A stretch of DNA of 63,747 nucleotides, counting the filler, from Klebsormidium nitens (lineage: Eukaryota > Plantae > Klebsormidiophyceae), in assembly GCA_000708835.1 (NCBI GenBank). It is 6 parts of 6 records of this genome, joined end to end, with 100 filler letters (N's around TTAATTAATTAA, not from the genome) between each part and the next. Parts side by side here need not be neighbours in the genome. Positions count along the whole stretch, not along the records: positions 26,376 to 47,225 come from DF237916.1; positions 47,326 to 59,350 come from DF237619.1; 4 more parts are not named here. The stretch is one strand, 5' to 3'. Shown here in pieces: positions 35,981 through 47,928 of the stretch. Made by a program: the position numbers and the translations under genes. Position 1 is the stretch's first letter. Each line of letters begins with the position of its first letter. The notes beneath the pieces were generated by a model. The model was not told the DNA's origin, searched no databases, and saw only the letters and a program-made list of their open reading frames with translations.

Positions 35981-36219
35981 AAGGAGAACGCTCCCTTTCC
36001 AAGGAGAACGCTCGGTGGATCAGCTTTGGAGCATCACCATTACCGTGCAGGTCGGATCATGATGACCAACTAACCATCTGAAATCCGGAATAAAACCGCC
36101 CACTCCCGTGCCGCCACGTGTCCCCCCGACCGTCCCGGCCGGTGGCTCGATTGATCGCTAAGGGTTCCGTCCCGACCCGCTCTTCTCCCGCTCTGGACGG
36201 TTTAATATCGAAAAAGCCA

Positions 36220-36500
36220 TATACGCACGCCGTCTGGACAGTTCTGGACATATTCGTGGACGCAAATTACGGTCTTCATAGACAGCAGGGCTGTCTATGA
36301 AGAGCAGGGTCCATCTACAAAAATCCGCTGGATGGACGGCTCGGACGGCTCGGACAGCAGTCCCAGAGTTCTCAATAATTCCGAATTTCCGAATATCTCA
36401 CCCACAAATTACGCTCTTCATAGACAGCATGCTGTCCATCAGGTGCGGAGTTCGTCTACAAATTCCCCTGGATAGACAGTAAGGGCGGGTCGGACGGAAG
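36220..36500. repeat. Cluster of short hairpins and duplicated GGAC(A/G)G motifs
   Basis: Perfect 14-bp arms at 36273-36286 and 36290-36303 (TCTTCATAGACAGC-AGG-GCTGTCTATGAAGA); degenerate copy near 36407-36438; GGACGGCTCGGACGGCTCGGACAGC near 36333. Confidence 0.75.
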
Positions 36501-37599
36501 TATTCTGAGTCCCAAAGTTTCAAGTTTCCGCCTTCAGCCTCAGGCTTCGAATTGTTGCGGCTGCCTACGGTGCACAGCTCGCAACACTGAAGTGTCATCA
36601 GTCTCTCCCGCCTTTTTTTTGCTGACTAGCTAGGCGATTGTTCTTCGAGAAGGTACGAGTCCTGCTGCAGCTGCTCAACTTGAAGTTGCTGCCACAGTAC
36701 TGAGTACAGGTAGGGCTGGGTCTGAGAGCAACCTTTTGCATAGTCACTTGTCAGAATCAAGGAGGCTGTGACTTAAACGACGCAGAGAGGAGACTTTGAC
36801 CTGACCAATAGCCTATACTAGGAGGCGACACTCGTGATCTGCTAAGAAACAGAAGGAGCAATACCAGGGGTGTAGAGTGGGAAGCTACATGAGAGCACAC
36901 GCCATACTTAGAAGTGGCAGCGAAGGGTTTGCTGGCAAATCTTCTGCTTGGGAGTCTTTTTGCGAACCGGGCAGCAGCTGGGCCTGAGGCAGCCGTCCAA
37001 AGACGCAAACTTCCGTGTTGAGCTGAGTGGAAAGTTCAGCAACGCGCTGTAGGAGACACTGAGCACTTCACATTGAATGGGCCCGGTGGGTCACCATCAG
37101 GTATTCGCTTCTTACTCCGCTTTCTAACGCTCTCAGTCAGCAGTAAGTGCCCCTGCAGACTTCCATCGATTGTTCAGCTGATGAGAGTGGATCAAAATGC
37201 AAAGTCCTGCTGTTTAAAGAAGGAGAGCTTGCAAAGCAGCTGCATGAACGGCCGCAGAAGTGGCCCTGATGGCAGAAGGGTTGCAGAAAATATCATATAT
37301 GTGAGACAAAAAAAAAAATTCCCGGCAAATTCTGATTTCGTGCAGATATAATATCAAGGCATAGTTCTAGGTGTTCTTCTGTTTACTGAGGATATGATGT
37401 ATGACAAGCAGGGAGTAGGAAATGGCAACTTTGGTGGCTGCATGATCAGCAGCAGCGACGTGCGCTGATGGCAGTAGGGTTGAAGAAGAGATTAGAGCTG
37501 TGAGACAAGAGTTTGTTTCTTGTTGAGTTGGGCATGGCGCTCGTGACCAGAGACCAAGTACTGTTTTTAATTGCAGAAAATGAACTCCTGTTTCGAATT

Positions 37600-39308
37600 G
37601 CAGAAACGAACACGCAGAGTGGCCAGCTGTGTTAACTGTCGCGGCAGTGGCGCTGGGGTTGTCGAAGAAAATACACCTCAATACTCTGGAACGCTGCAGG
37701 TTATCGTTGCCGCTCGGACACTCCACAACCTGTTTCCTATGGTACTGACTCCAGTCTTTTCCTCAAATTCTGCAGGCATAATCAAGGCCCTCAACGGCTT
37801 CTTCAACAAGGTCACTGAGGCACTCCGGCTGAACGAGGTCCGGGTTTACTTGTCTCAAGCAGAGGAGAAGGCGCGCCAGAGGCGGAAGAAGAGGACGAAC
37901 AGACAGGTGTCTGATTTTGCCCCTGCTTTGCCCTCTTCTCCAGCTTGACTTCGGAATCATAGCTGGCGCGACTGAGCTGCATGCTTCCAGGCTCTTTAAC
38001 AAACCTCTCGATAGATCTTGCATATGCTGGGAACTCGTCTTTTACATCACATGGCCAGCAAAACACGGGTTGCTTGACCTTAGCTCAACCTTGCGAGGGT
38101 TGAGCTGGGGTGCAAGGGTCTCAGCTGATTGACAACATAGCCGGCATTGACCGCTTGCAGTAAGGTACTCAACTTTCCTTTCTGATCCTGTGGTTACTGA
38201 GTTGAACCCTCAACTCTAGAGCAGGACTTGTGTGCTGGAAGATTTTCGCTCAAGTAACTCCAGTGTCAACTTAACTGCAGTTCTTGTTTTTCTTTAGCAC
38301 TGCCAAAGGGTCGTGAACCGCACCGAGACATGGGCTGCATGGAGTGGAGCGGCGTCGCATCTTTGTGACGAAGCCAAGAAGAGTGAGCCTGCTCCCTTTA
38401 CTCGCTCAGGCTGCTGTTCATGGTGAAAGCTATATAGGTAGCTTGCTTGAAGCTCTTTATCTGGTTCTCCTCGTGGACCTTGTTCTATCCGATCATTTTG
38501 GAGATTGTGGGAAGGTTGAAGTAGAGATACTCCTCTGCTATTGGTGGCACTTTGTCGCAGGAGACAAGTCGAGGAGTAGTGTTTCATGTGTGAGAAGGTG
38601 GCGGACATGGCTTGCAAAGTACTCTGCAGCGTCGAGCTTGGCACTCTACCCCAAGTACGGGGGCATTTTGAGAGAGACGAGGGAAGAACAATTACAGATC
38701 AGTTCGCTTCAGTATTGCTCACCATTCCAAAGCTGCCAAGGCGGCTCCAAGTGCCAAGTGTTGACATCTTGGATGCTTTATGGGAAGCTAGTGTGTTCCA
38801 GGTAGTACAACAGTAACACGCACTGTAGTTGGAGTACAGATTTGTTGCTTTGACGACGTCTCGCATACCTGCAGCTCATCTGCATTAGGTTTGACACAAC
38901 AGAGGAAAGTTCAACCCTTTTTTGATTCTGACGTCATCTCTCTGCATGTCTTCAGCCCATGAGAGAAGGACGTGCGCTTACACCGGTGTACTAAAACGAA
39001 CAGTGCAGACCCGTCATCATTCGGCCCTCCTTGACTCGTTTCTTTAGGCCGTATTCGGTTGATCGCTTCTCAATGAGTCGTCATTGCCCCTTTACCCTGT
39101 TAGTCCACGTCACTGTCTGCTGGAGCAGCAGTCGTAACCTTTCTTCTTCCGAGATTTACAGTGATGGAATTGTTAACCTTCAAAGCACTCCCAGTCTCTT
39201 CATTGATTCGTATTTCTTCTCTGCAGCACCAGCGCCGAGTCTTTGACCGAGGCCGTGGAGCTGCTAACCAAGGTTGCTGACCACGCTGAGAAGCAGCCTG
39301 GGCACGAG
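37600..39308 (+). CDS. Uncharacterised spliced gene, interrupted by the TIR element
   Basis: AG/GT-bounded open segments near 37604-37700, 37776-37905, 38297-38380, 38560-38655 and 39227-39308. Confidence 0.35.
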
Positions 39309-39859
39309 GTGCGTACACATTGATAGCGGCACAAAGAGACAGTGGGGATACCGTCCTTGCGAAAAGCGTCCCGGTGAGCCGTTGCTTTTGCAAGACTCTT
39401 TTTTTTTCCGTTGGAGCTTGTGTTGCTGCTTTCTGTGCAAAGATGTCAACCACTCAGCTAAGCGGAATTGGACTTCAAGTTCAACGCGTAATTAGCATTG
39501 AAGACATCTGATTGCCGAACAGGAGCCGTATACTTCCCTGATTGATTTTGGCTGTTCCGCTTTTTGCAAGCAATCCCGAAAGCGGCCAGGGCCCGCAGGG
39601 CTTGAAGGGCCCGTTGCAAGGTCCTTTTTGTGTCACATTTTTCCGGGGGCTGTCACGCAGACTCGAAAGGCTTCCGGCTCTAAGAAACCACTACACTATA
39701 ACGGCAGCTTGATAACAAGCTCTAATTTTAGTGATTTAACTGATGAAAGGAAAGACCTGTGAGGACGAGAAGATTCATCACTGTGTGAAGTTCCAAAGTC
39801 CCCGGTGTTTTTTACCGAGTACTGAGAGTTTTCCAAACCTTCTCTTTCTGGTTCTGCAG

Positions 39860-42286
39860 GATGCTCGTCAACCTAGATGACTTCAAGGATTTTCAAGAGA
39901 AGCTGAGGGAAGAAATGCACAGAGCTGGCATGACTTCCATGAGCAACAAAGATTTGCAGGTAGGCATCTCTTGTAATCTTCGTAGTTGAAAGTTTGTCCC
40001 GATAGGAAGCACGGTTGTCGAAAAATCTGTCTTTTTGGAGCCTTTTGTGAGATGAACTCATAGTGTGTACAGTTGTGTCCGGTTCCTTCTAAATATATAA
40101 GCTTTGCGTCTATTGGAGCAGTTCTGTCTGTGTAAGAGGACTTGGGGCTTGTCCAAATTATTGAAACTCCCAGGCTTTGTGAGACTGCTGTCCAAGCCGT
40201 TTGTGCCGTCCATGGAGACAACTTTGTGATAGAAAGTGTGTCTTGATAGACAGCACGGCTGTCATCAAGCACATTCTCATTTGTGAAATCTCGTGAGAGG
40301 GCTTGGGGCTCGTTCTAAATCTAAAAGCCCACAGTTGTTGGGATTGCTATCAAAGCTCTCTCCTTTTTCAATTGAAAGAGAGTTGTAGGAAGTATGTCTC
40401 AAAGCATGGCCATCCTGAATGCCGTGCTTTGCCTTGTAGGGGACCAGAGGTGATGACCAAAATGCCGTTGAAGGCATCTCAGCTGAGCCCGCATTGGGGC
40501 TAGCTGGCGAAGGGGATGCTGCGGAAGAGGGTGCACGTGTCACGAATGCGGAGGGGGCAGAGCGCTCCGACTTCCGCCAAAATGTGAGTACTCTGTACAC
40601 TTTCGCTGCTCGTCAAAAATCCATCACCGATTGGGAGGCTTCAATGCGCAGCTTAGAGAGCACAGCAATGCCACTTTGATGTCGCTGTGGTTACTTAGCA
40701 GGTCCAATATTGGCTTGATCCACTTTTCGGGACTTTCCCGATTGCAGCCTGGAGGTCTGGAAAAGATCGTCCTAAATACGTACATGCACTTTGCAGTCCT
40801 ATGTGCCAACGTCCCCCGTCTACAACAAGCGCAACTTCCAAGCGACACATGATGCTGACTTGAACGCCCCGCTGGTGAGTACCGTCTCACCTCTTTTGCT
40901 GTTATGGTGTGCGGAAAGCCCGTGCTTGTTGGTAAGAGTGCCGTCCATGGAGACGAAACTTGTACTACGGATTCGTCTCCATGGTCAGCATGGACGGCAC
41001 TGACGGCACTTTTGGGGAAGCTCCTCTATTCATTTTTCTCTGAGCTCTCAAAAATCATTGCGTGCTTGATGACAGTGGTGCTGTCCATGGAGACAAAACT
41101 TCTACTACGGAATTGTCTTCGTGGACAGCACGGACAGCACTGATGGCTCTTTTGAAAAGCTCTCTTTTTTCTTTACTTTTTGACCAGGTTCCGTGCTTGA
41201 TAAGAGGAGTGCTGTCCATGCTTCTCCGTGGACTGCACAGAGTGCAGTGACGCTCTTCCAAGAAGCTCCTTGATGTACTTTGATGAGGTTCCGAAACTAT
41301 GTCTTTGATGACAAAAGTGCTTTGCTTTCTTAGCTTCAATTAAAAAGCTCTGCTATGTCTGTTTGTTGTGCAGTGTCACGACCCTAAAGCTAACACTTCT
41401 CTGTCTACCACACACAGGAAAGGGGCAAAAAGCGCAAACATGACGAAGCAAGGGGCAAAGCTGGTGCGGCGAGCGAGCCATGTGGAGAAGGTCGCGAGCA
41501 GGTGGTCGAGAGTGAGACGGCGGGTGCAAGGGAGGAGTCGGTAAGAGCATGCAAAGCTTCTCATTATCTACTTCATGTCTCGTTCCACTTGGTAGACTGT
41601 GACTTTTTGTGAGGTTTGCAAAGTATTGTCTGCGCCGTCCGTGCAGTCCATGGAGACACTTTTCTAAATGAACGGTTGTCTCCATGGACGGCAGTATTGT
41701 CTAGCTCCGCAGTCCTCACTTGAGACATTTTTGACTGTTGATAACGTTTGAGATTCTCTGACATCTCGGACGTACTGTCTTTGCTGTCCGTGCTGTCTAT
41801 GGAGACAAAAACCGTAGTAGATAGCGCCTCTCCATGGACAGCACTGCTGTCAGCGCTTGTGAGCCTTCGACTTTCTGTGCAGACAGTTCGTTTTTCACCA
41901 GCATACAGGCCACACCGTTTACATTTTTCAAGCTATATTTGAGTCAAATCGAACAGCTCGATGTAACGAGCAGGTGCTTTGCAGTGGTGAAGCCACTTAG
42001 GCTGGCAAGTCTGCCGACTTTTATTGCAAGCCAACTTTTGGAAAGCAAGAAGTGAAAAAAAAAACTTTCATGCACTCCTTTCATGCAGGACTCAGAAGCC
42101 TCGTCGCAACGAGCAGCGTCTTCTGGTGGGGACGACTGCGAAGAGGCTGACGACGAGACCTCTGAAGAGGACGAGGAAGAGACCATGTCGGACCGGGAGA
42201 TGTTGGACAACCGCCTCCAGCAGGTTGACTCTGCCCATGATCATCGTCGTGCGGACCAAGAAAGAGAGATTGGTGCAGATCGGATG
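39860..42286 (+). CDS. Spliced acidic/low-complexity gene fragments inside the TIR element
   Basis: Exon-like blocks near 39860-39960, 40439-40583, 40798-40875, 41419-41541 and 42089-42286, each with an AG acceptor and GT donor. Confidence 0.45.
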
Positions 42287-42680
42287 GTGGGTAACTTGTT
42301 TTACAATCTGTTCAGCATTGTTGGATTTGAGCTTGACTGATTTTAGCAAAGTGGTGGGATCTTAGGAACCGATATCCTTTGAAGGTTTGAAGATTGTCCG
42401 CCTCACTTCGGTTTTCGTTTTGAAAGCAGCGCATCTATGCCACCAAGCGCTGACAGCAACGCTGTCTATGTAGAGGCGCCATCTACTACAGTTTTGTCTC
42501 CATGGACAGCGCAGCCAGCGCGGACAGTGCTTTCAGGATCTTCTGAATTTTTTGCTTTCTTTTCGCTGACAGCCCACCGAGCACGGACAGCAGCGCTGTC
42601 TATGTAGAGGCGCCATCTACTACAGTTTTGTCTCCATAGACAGCGCGGACGGCGCGGACAGTGCTTTCAAGATCTTCTGA
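40186..42680. repeat. Dispersed hairpin repeat family GCTGTCCATGGAGAC-N(~20-25)-GTCTCCATGGACAGC, at least 7 copies in both orientations
   Basis: Copies near 40203-40256, 40938-41010, 41078-41147, 41631-41700, 41782-41858, 42444-42548 and 42585-42680. Confidence 0.85.
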
Positions 42681-42949
42681 AAGCTCCAACGGAAAAAAAA
42701 GAGTCTTGCAAAAGCAACGGCTCACCGGGACGCTTTTCGCAAGGACGGTATCCCCACTGTCTCTTTGTGCCGCTATCAATGTGTATGGCGGACTTGAGTC
42801 CAGAACGCGCCAGAACAAAGCGCATTGAGCTTTGTTGAATTCCAGGGAGCCCCGCAGCTGGGCGGGTCTTAGCCCAGAACGCATCAAAGGAGGGCGGATT
42901 GAGCCCAGGCTAGTCCGGAAAGCCCTTGTGCGAAGTGGGCGGGACCTCA

Positions 42950-44110
42950 CGCGACTCCGGAGGACCCCAGCGCATGCGGACTCAGATCCAGGGCGGATTC
43001 CGGAGCAGTGATTCCGGAGCAGGGCGGGCTGGTTCCGGAATGCTCCAGGGCAAGGAGGAGTGGATCCGAAGCAGCCCGCAGGCAGCCCGTGCTTGCCCGC
43101 AGGCGGCCCGCGGGTCACCTTAGGGGAGCCTGGTCTGGAACCCAGGCAGACCCAGGGCGCCCCGGAGTCGAGTAGGCTGAGCCCCGAGCACTTTGGAGCC
43201 TCCGGGGGCAAAGCCGGGATTTCCGGATGGAGGTGGAGCGTCTCGGAGCAGCGAGGAGCCCGGGCGTCCCAGGTCCGTAGCTCGGAGCTTGAGCAAAGCA
43301 ACCCGGACTTCGGGGGAACAAGCTGGTCGTGGGTTGAAGTTAGGGGGAGACTTTGGGTGCGAGCGCGCGGCGCGCGGACACAGGGCGTGCGCGCGCTCGG
43401 GTAGTGCTTCTTTTCTAGAGCCGCAGCTGGCCGCCCGAGCTGCGGGCTACTCCGTGGAGCTGCGGGACTACTTTCCGGAGCGTTCCGCTCAGTAGACTTT
43501 GCGGGCAGGCCTCTCCGCAGTAGTTGCGTGCCTGGCCGCACGATTGCATAGGGACAGGTTGCGTTCTGCCACTAGATTCGCTGTTCGATTCTCGGCGTCA
43601 CAGATTTTATTCCGCGCGGGCCAATAGGGTCCAAATCCTACACGTGTGTTCCGGAGCCTGACTTTAGGTCACGGACTGACTCCGGGCTAGCTTAGCATAC
43701 AGACGCACTTTCGTTGCATCGTTTTCGCTCAGTGCCCTGACTTTGGATCGACCTAGTAGGTTCAGGAGTGTGACTTGATACCTAGACTTAGGAGTTGTTT
43801 GGAGGGACGCCGCTTGGAGAGGCGCTCTTTGGGGCCAGGGGAGCTGCGTTATGGCTCCCTCCGCGGTGGCCTGGTTACACGCAACTTTAGGAGGGCTTGA
43901 AAGTGTGATTTGTTAAAAACACATTCTTCTAGGAGTTGCGGAGAGACGAGTTGCTAGGAGAGGCGCTTGTGCTGAGGTCTTGAGCAGCTGTTTATGGCTC
44001 CCGCAGTTGTGTTTTGCTTCCGCTCAATTCCAGCGTGCTTAGTGTGATAGGATTTCATGCGGGGATGTCATGCTGTGAGCGGGGAACTGATGTGTGGCTC
44101 CGGGGAGCCA
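42950..44110. repeat. GC-rich region dense in (T/C)CCGGAGC-like motifs, plus a ~70-bp degenerate direct repeat (43789-43862 and 43929-44002)
   Basis: More than 15 degenerate CCGGAG/CTCCGG/GGAGC motifs seen by eye. Confidence 0.55.
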
Positions 44111-44869
44111 GCGTTTATAGCTGCATAGTGTGCGGGCTGCCAGGGCCAGCCCCTGGTTGCACTTAAGTGGTATGGGACACTTAAGAGCATGTGTGCAGCA
44201 GATTTGTGCCGAGTACAAAGGGGCTCGCCACGTTATGCTTCCGCTGCGTAGATAGCCTGCGGAGCCGTGCGGAGATGACGTCATACGTGTGACTTGTGCG
44301 CGCGCATGAGCATGGCTGCCAGGTGTATCGTTGCTCTCCACCCTAGTTGCTGATTTCCGCCATGGTGGGGGTTGGCAGGTAGGTGTGGCTTCCTAGAGAG
44401 TACAACCCTCACGCTAATCGGAAGGCTCTGCATGAATGATGCGGCACTGTAATTCACCGGGTGGTATAGCCAATGACGTCACTGTCCGCCCGCGGTACCC
44501 TTCCGACTAAAGGTACTGTATCTGTGGTACCGCGCGGTCCGCGATTCACTATGCAATGGCATCTCCGCCGTCCGGCCTGTATCGAGGTCACCAGATCATC
44601 GTGACTCGGCTCGATTGATATACAGCCGTCCGATCGAAAAAGGACGTGCACGCCCCACGCACCCTTCAAGGTGCGCCTTATGCAAGGCACTCTAGTCTAG
44701 TTACTGAACAGTATGGAGGTTCTGAGCAGGTCGGATCGAGGAGCTGGCGGCCTCCTTGCACTCCTGCCTCCTGCCTGCATGAGGAGCTGAGGCTGCGCCA
44801 GCTGGTTCAGAAGTCTACAGTTTCTATTGACTTGCATCGTTTCTTGACCTTCGCGTTGGCGGTCAGCAA

Positions 44870-46900
44870 GTGATAGCTTCAAATGGCGGAAAAGGGGCCG
44901 AACCAGTGCTGGTGAAGAGGTTCGGAAGCCAGGTTGGAGGAATCCTGACGGAAAATTTGCCAGACAGAAAGCTCATTGCGGAGTCGCTTGATAAGGCGTA
45001 CTCTCCGGAAGAAGCCAAGAAGGAGGCTGAGACATTGGTTGCGGAGGCGAAGGTGGCGGATAAACGTTTCTGGACCAAATCCAGACGTGAAGTGCAACAT
45101 CACGTCAACACCCTGAGCTCCCTTGTCGAAAATCTTGAGGAGGATGTCAAGGACCTTGCGAAGGATTGCAAATTTGCGGACGGGCAGGTAAGTTGACACG
45201 TCTTTCTTCCTATGTGAAAATCGTGGGGTGACTTTTACAGCACAGGATGTAAAGGGGTGCTACAGGACTGCTGAATCGGGACTGCCTGGATCACACCCAG
45301 CGAAGCAGCCTCGCTTCCTGGAACACGCTGATAAGAATTTCTTCAGCATTTTGCCCTTCGCTATGAGCTATAACAAGTGATGTGACGTGATGTTAAGGAC
45401 CTGCTCATGGGAATACCTCGTCAAAAAGCTTGCAGGGTCTGCGAGGATTGGTGACCATTTGTTCAAAAAAGCGGCCCCATTGAGAAGCTTTGACATTTTT
45501 GTAAGGGTTTGATCATCAGAACAGAGTAACCAGGTTTTTGTATCTTTGACATGAGTCAAGTCAGTTTGCCACCAGTCTCCTTATGGAAGCCAAGCAACTC
45601 AATTTTGGCCTTCTGAGATCCCAGCCCTTAAGATCGGCCCTGTAAGATCCGACATGCGTGGCAATGTTTGTGCTGTTGGTTGGCCCTTTTGTTTGCATGG
45701 GTGGGAACGGCGGAGCTGCCGGCGAACAGTTATTAAACCTCGTGGACGATTGTTCATGTGGTGCAAGAGGCGCCTTCAAAGGTCTCGTCCGTGGGTATTG
45801 AAGGATGACGGAGATAATCAGCTCTCTGTTGTGACTGCAGGCGGACCAGTTGCCTGCTGAGTGTATTCAGGGGTGCTTGAACGGTCGCCAAACGTATCTG
45901 GAGCATCTGCAGAATTGTCTGAAGCAACTGAAGGAGCTGCAGGTGAGTATTGTTCAATCAACCAAGTATAGCTGTTTCCCTTGCAGTGCTTCTGAGTTCC
46001 TTAATAAAGTTCCTTACAGTCTCTTTTCTGAGATGGTCCGCAGGAATGAAATCAAGGTACACGGCGGCCCTTGTCACTATCTCATGGTGTGGCTTACACA
46101 GGTTGAACATCCTTAAGTAGTCCTTCTAAAATGAGCCATCGATATGTTCCGAGTATACAAGGGCTCCTTGGTTAAGCGGGTTCCTTGAATGAGGTTTGAT
46201 TTTGGTTGTATCAGCATCACACAGTTTTGAACATTGTCTTTGTCCTAGCCTTATCCACTGTACTTAAGGAGCCCAGTTTGTTTAGAGAAGATGGTTTCTC
46301 GTTGTCCCTACTCTTAACAGACGGAATAGAGGTAGCAGATGTTGGAGCTTTCCTTTCCTTTGACTGCTGTGCCCTCAGCAGCCTGCCTCTTGGCACTTAT
46401 AGCATCTTACAACAGGATGATGGGAAGCGGGAGATTTTGGGTTACTCCCCAAGCAAGGAGCGGGTTACCTGGGAGAACATGGAGGCTAAAATGGCAGAGC
46501 TCGAAAAGCGGCTTGGACGATCGTCAACGAAATCTGAGGATCCTCCTCCGCCATCTCTCCCCGCTTCTCTGCCATCCCCTCCTGCCAGGTGTGCGGGCTC
46601 ACCTTGAATTCTTTGTTGCTGTCTGGTCAAGCAGCATGTGTATACTCTTCAGTGCAGCTCTGGTTGCACATGTCAAGCTTAGTTGGAGTTATCGCAGACA
46701 TTGCCTTTATTCTGATGGCTGTGTTTGCATTGGTTCATCAACCAGGAGTTATATGGATATTGCTCTCGCATGCGCTCTTGTATGAGCAGGTCTGTCGAAA
46801 TCGAGCCCTGAGAACAGGATTCTCTTTATGTGCAGCGGCTCTCCAGTGTTTGTACGACAAGAGTCCCCGGGTGGGTGGAAATCTGCACATGGACCGTGAG
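44870..46900 (+). CDS. Uncharacterised spliced gene, coiled-coil-like
   Basis: Exon-like blocks near 44870-45187, 45840-45942 and 46416-46589 with GTAAG/GTGAG/GTGTGC donors. Confidence 0.35.
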
Positions 46901-47928
46901 TGCACTTGCAACATTTGCCACAAGTCTTCTATGCTGAATTGTTTGACAATCAGGGTTTCTATTGGTGACAGTGTTCAGAGCAAGAGGCGGGATAGAAGTC
47001 ATGAATAATAATCCACAGGCCCTGTGGAGCATTTCTTTCTGATGAGACCCCCATTATCCCAGCATCTACGTACATTTGTGTTGGTGATTGGGAAGTGATT
47101 TTTATTAATTGCATGGCGGTAAAATGGTTGTAGCAGCTTTGACTGATTGCGAGTCAACAGAAGAACCCAGCCAAATTGTAACGATTACGACTGGTTAAGC
47201 CTAACCTCGTTCTCGACAGGATTTCNNNNNNNNNNNNNNNNNNNNNNNNNNNNNNNNNNNNNNNNNNNNTTAATTAATTAANNNNNNNNNNNNNNNNNNN
47301 NNNNNNNNNNNNNNNNNNNNNNNNNGCTTCTGCCACTGGTCAGCTGTACATGTAACATAGCTTCTTGAATGTCAAAATCTGAAGTAAAATCTGCAGAAAC
47401 AGACCGGTTTTGTACACAGCCGGCACTACGACCGTTCTTTGCGCCGCAGATGAGAAATTACCCCTCGGTTTTGGAGCTTCGCATGACTGGCAGAAACAAC
47501 GGCGAAGTCCCGGCAGGTCTTCCAGGAGGAATTCTTAGAAAACTTTCATGGCCTAATAGTAATTCCTAGAGATCAGACTGTGGAGCAAAAGTGAGAGACC
47601 AGCTCGCACGAAGTCATCACCTTGGTCCTTGAAGGGGCGCGCATTGGCACTAGACGGCCATCAAAAGATCCTCTGTAGACGTTTCTAAGTGACCAGCTCA
47701 CTGAGAAGTAGAGGCTGATAGCCGCCACCAAGATGCAGAAATGGCTGGTACTAGACGGGCGGTTCCATGAAGAACAGCGAAGGCGCTGGCTGGTCACAGG
47801 GTTTTCTGGTAAGATGCTGCAAGCTGCTGGCGTGTCTTCGTGCTTAAAGGTCAGGGGATGAGTTTTGACAGCTAGACCAACGCAAACAAACCAGCAGCAT
47901 GAGAATTAACTCAATCGACTCGGACATC

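Larger units (their letters stand above)
39314..42785. mobile_element. Non-autonomous TIR DNA transposon with ~105-bp TIRs (TA-CAC...GTG-TA)
   Basis: 39314-39419 and 42681-42785 are reverse complements differing only by one base in a T/A run; no transposase motif seen inside. Confidence 0.85.

Noticed and set aside
35980-36013. CAAGGAGAACGCTC duplication as a target-site duplication
   Set aside because: The copies are only 6 nt apart with no element between them; a simple 20-bp tandem duplication.
42600-43541. 313-aa minus-strand ORF as a transposase
   Set aside because: Pro/Arg/Ser-rich, crosses the TIR boundary and has no DDE motif.
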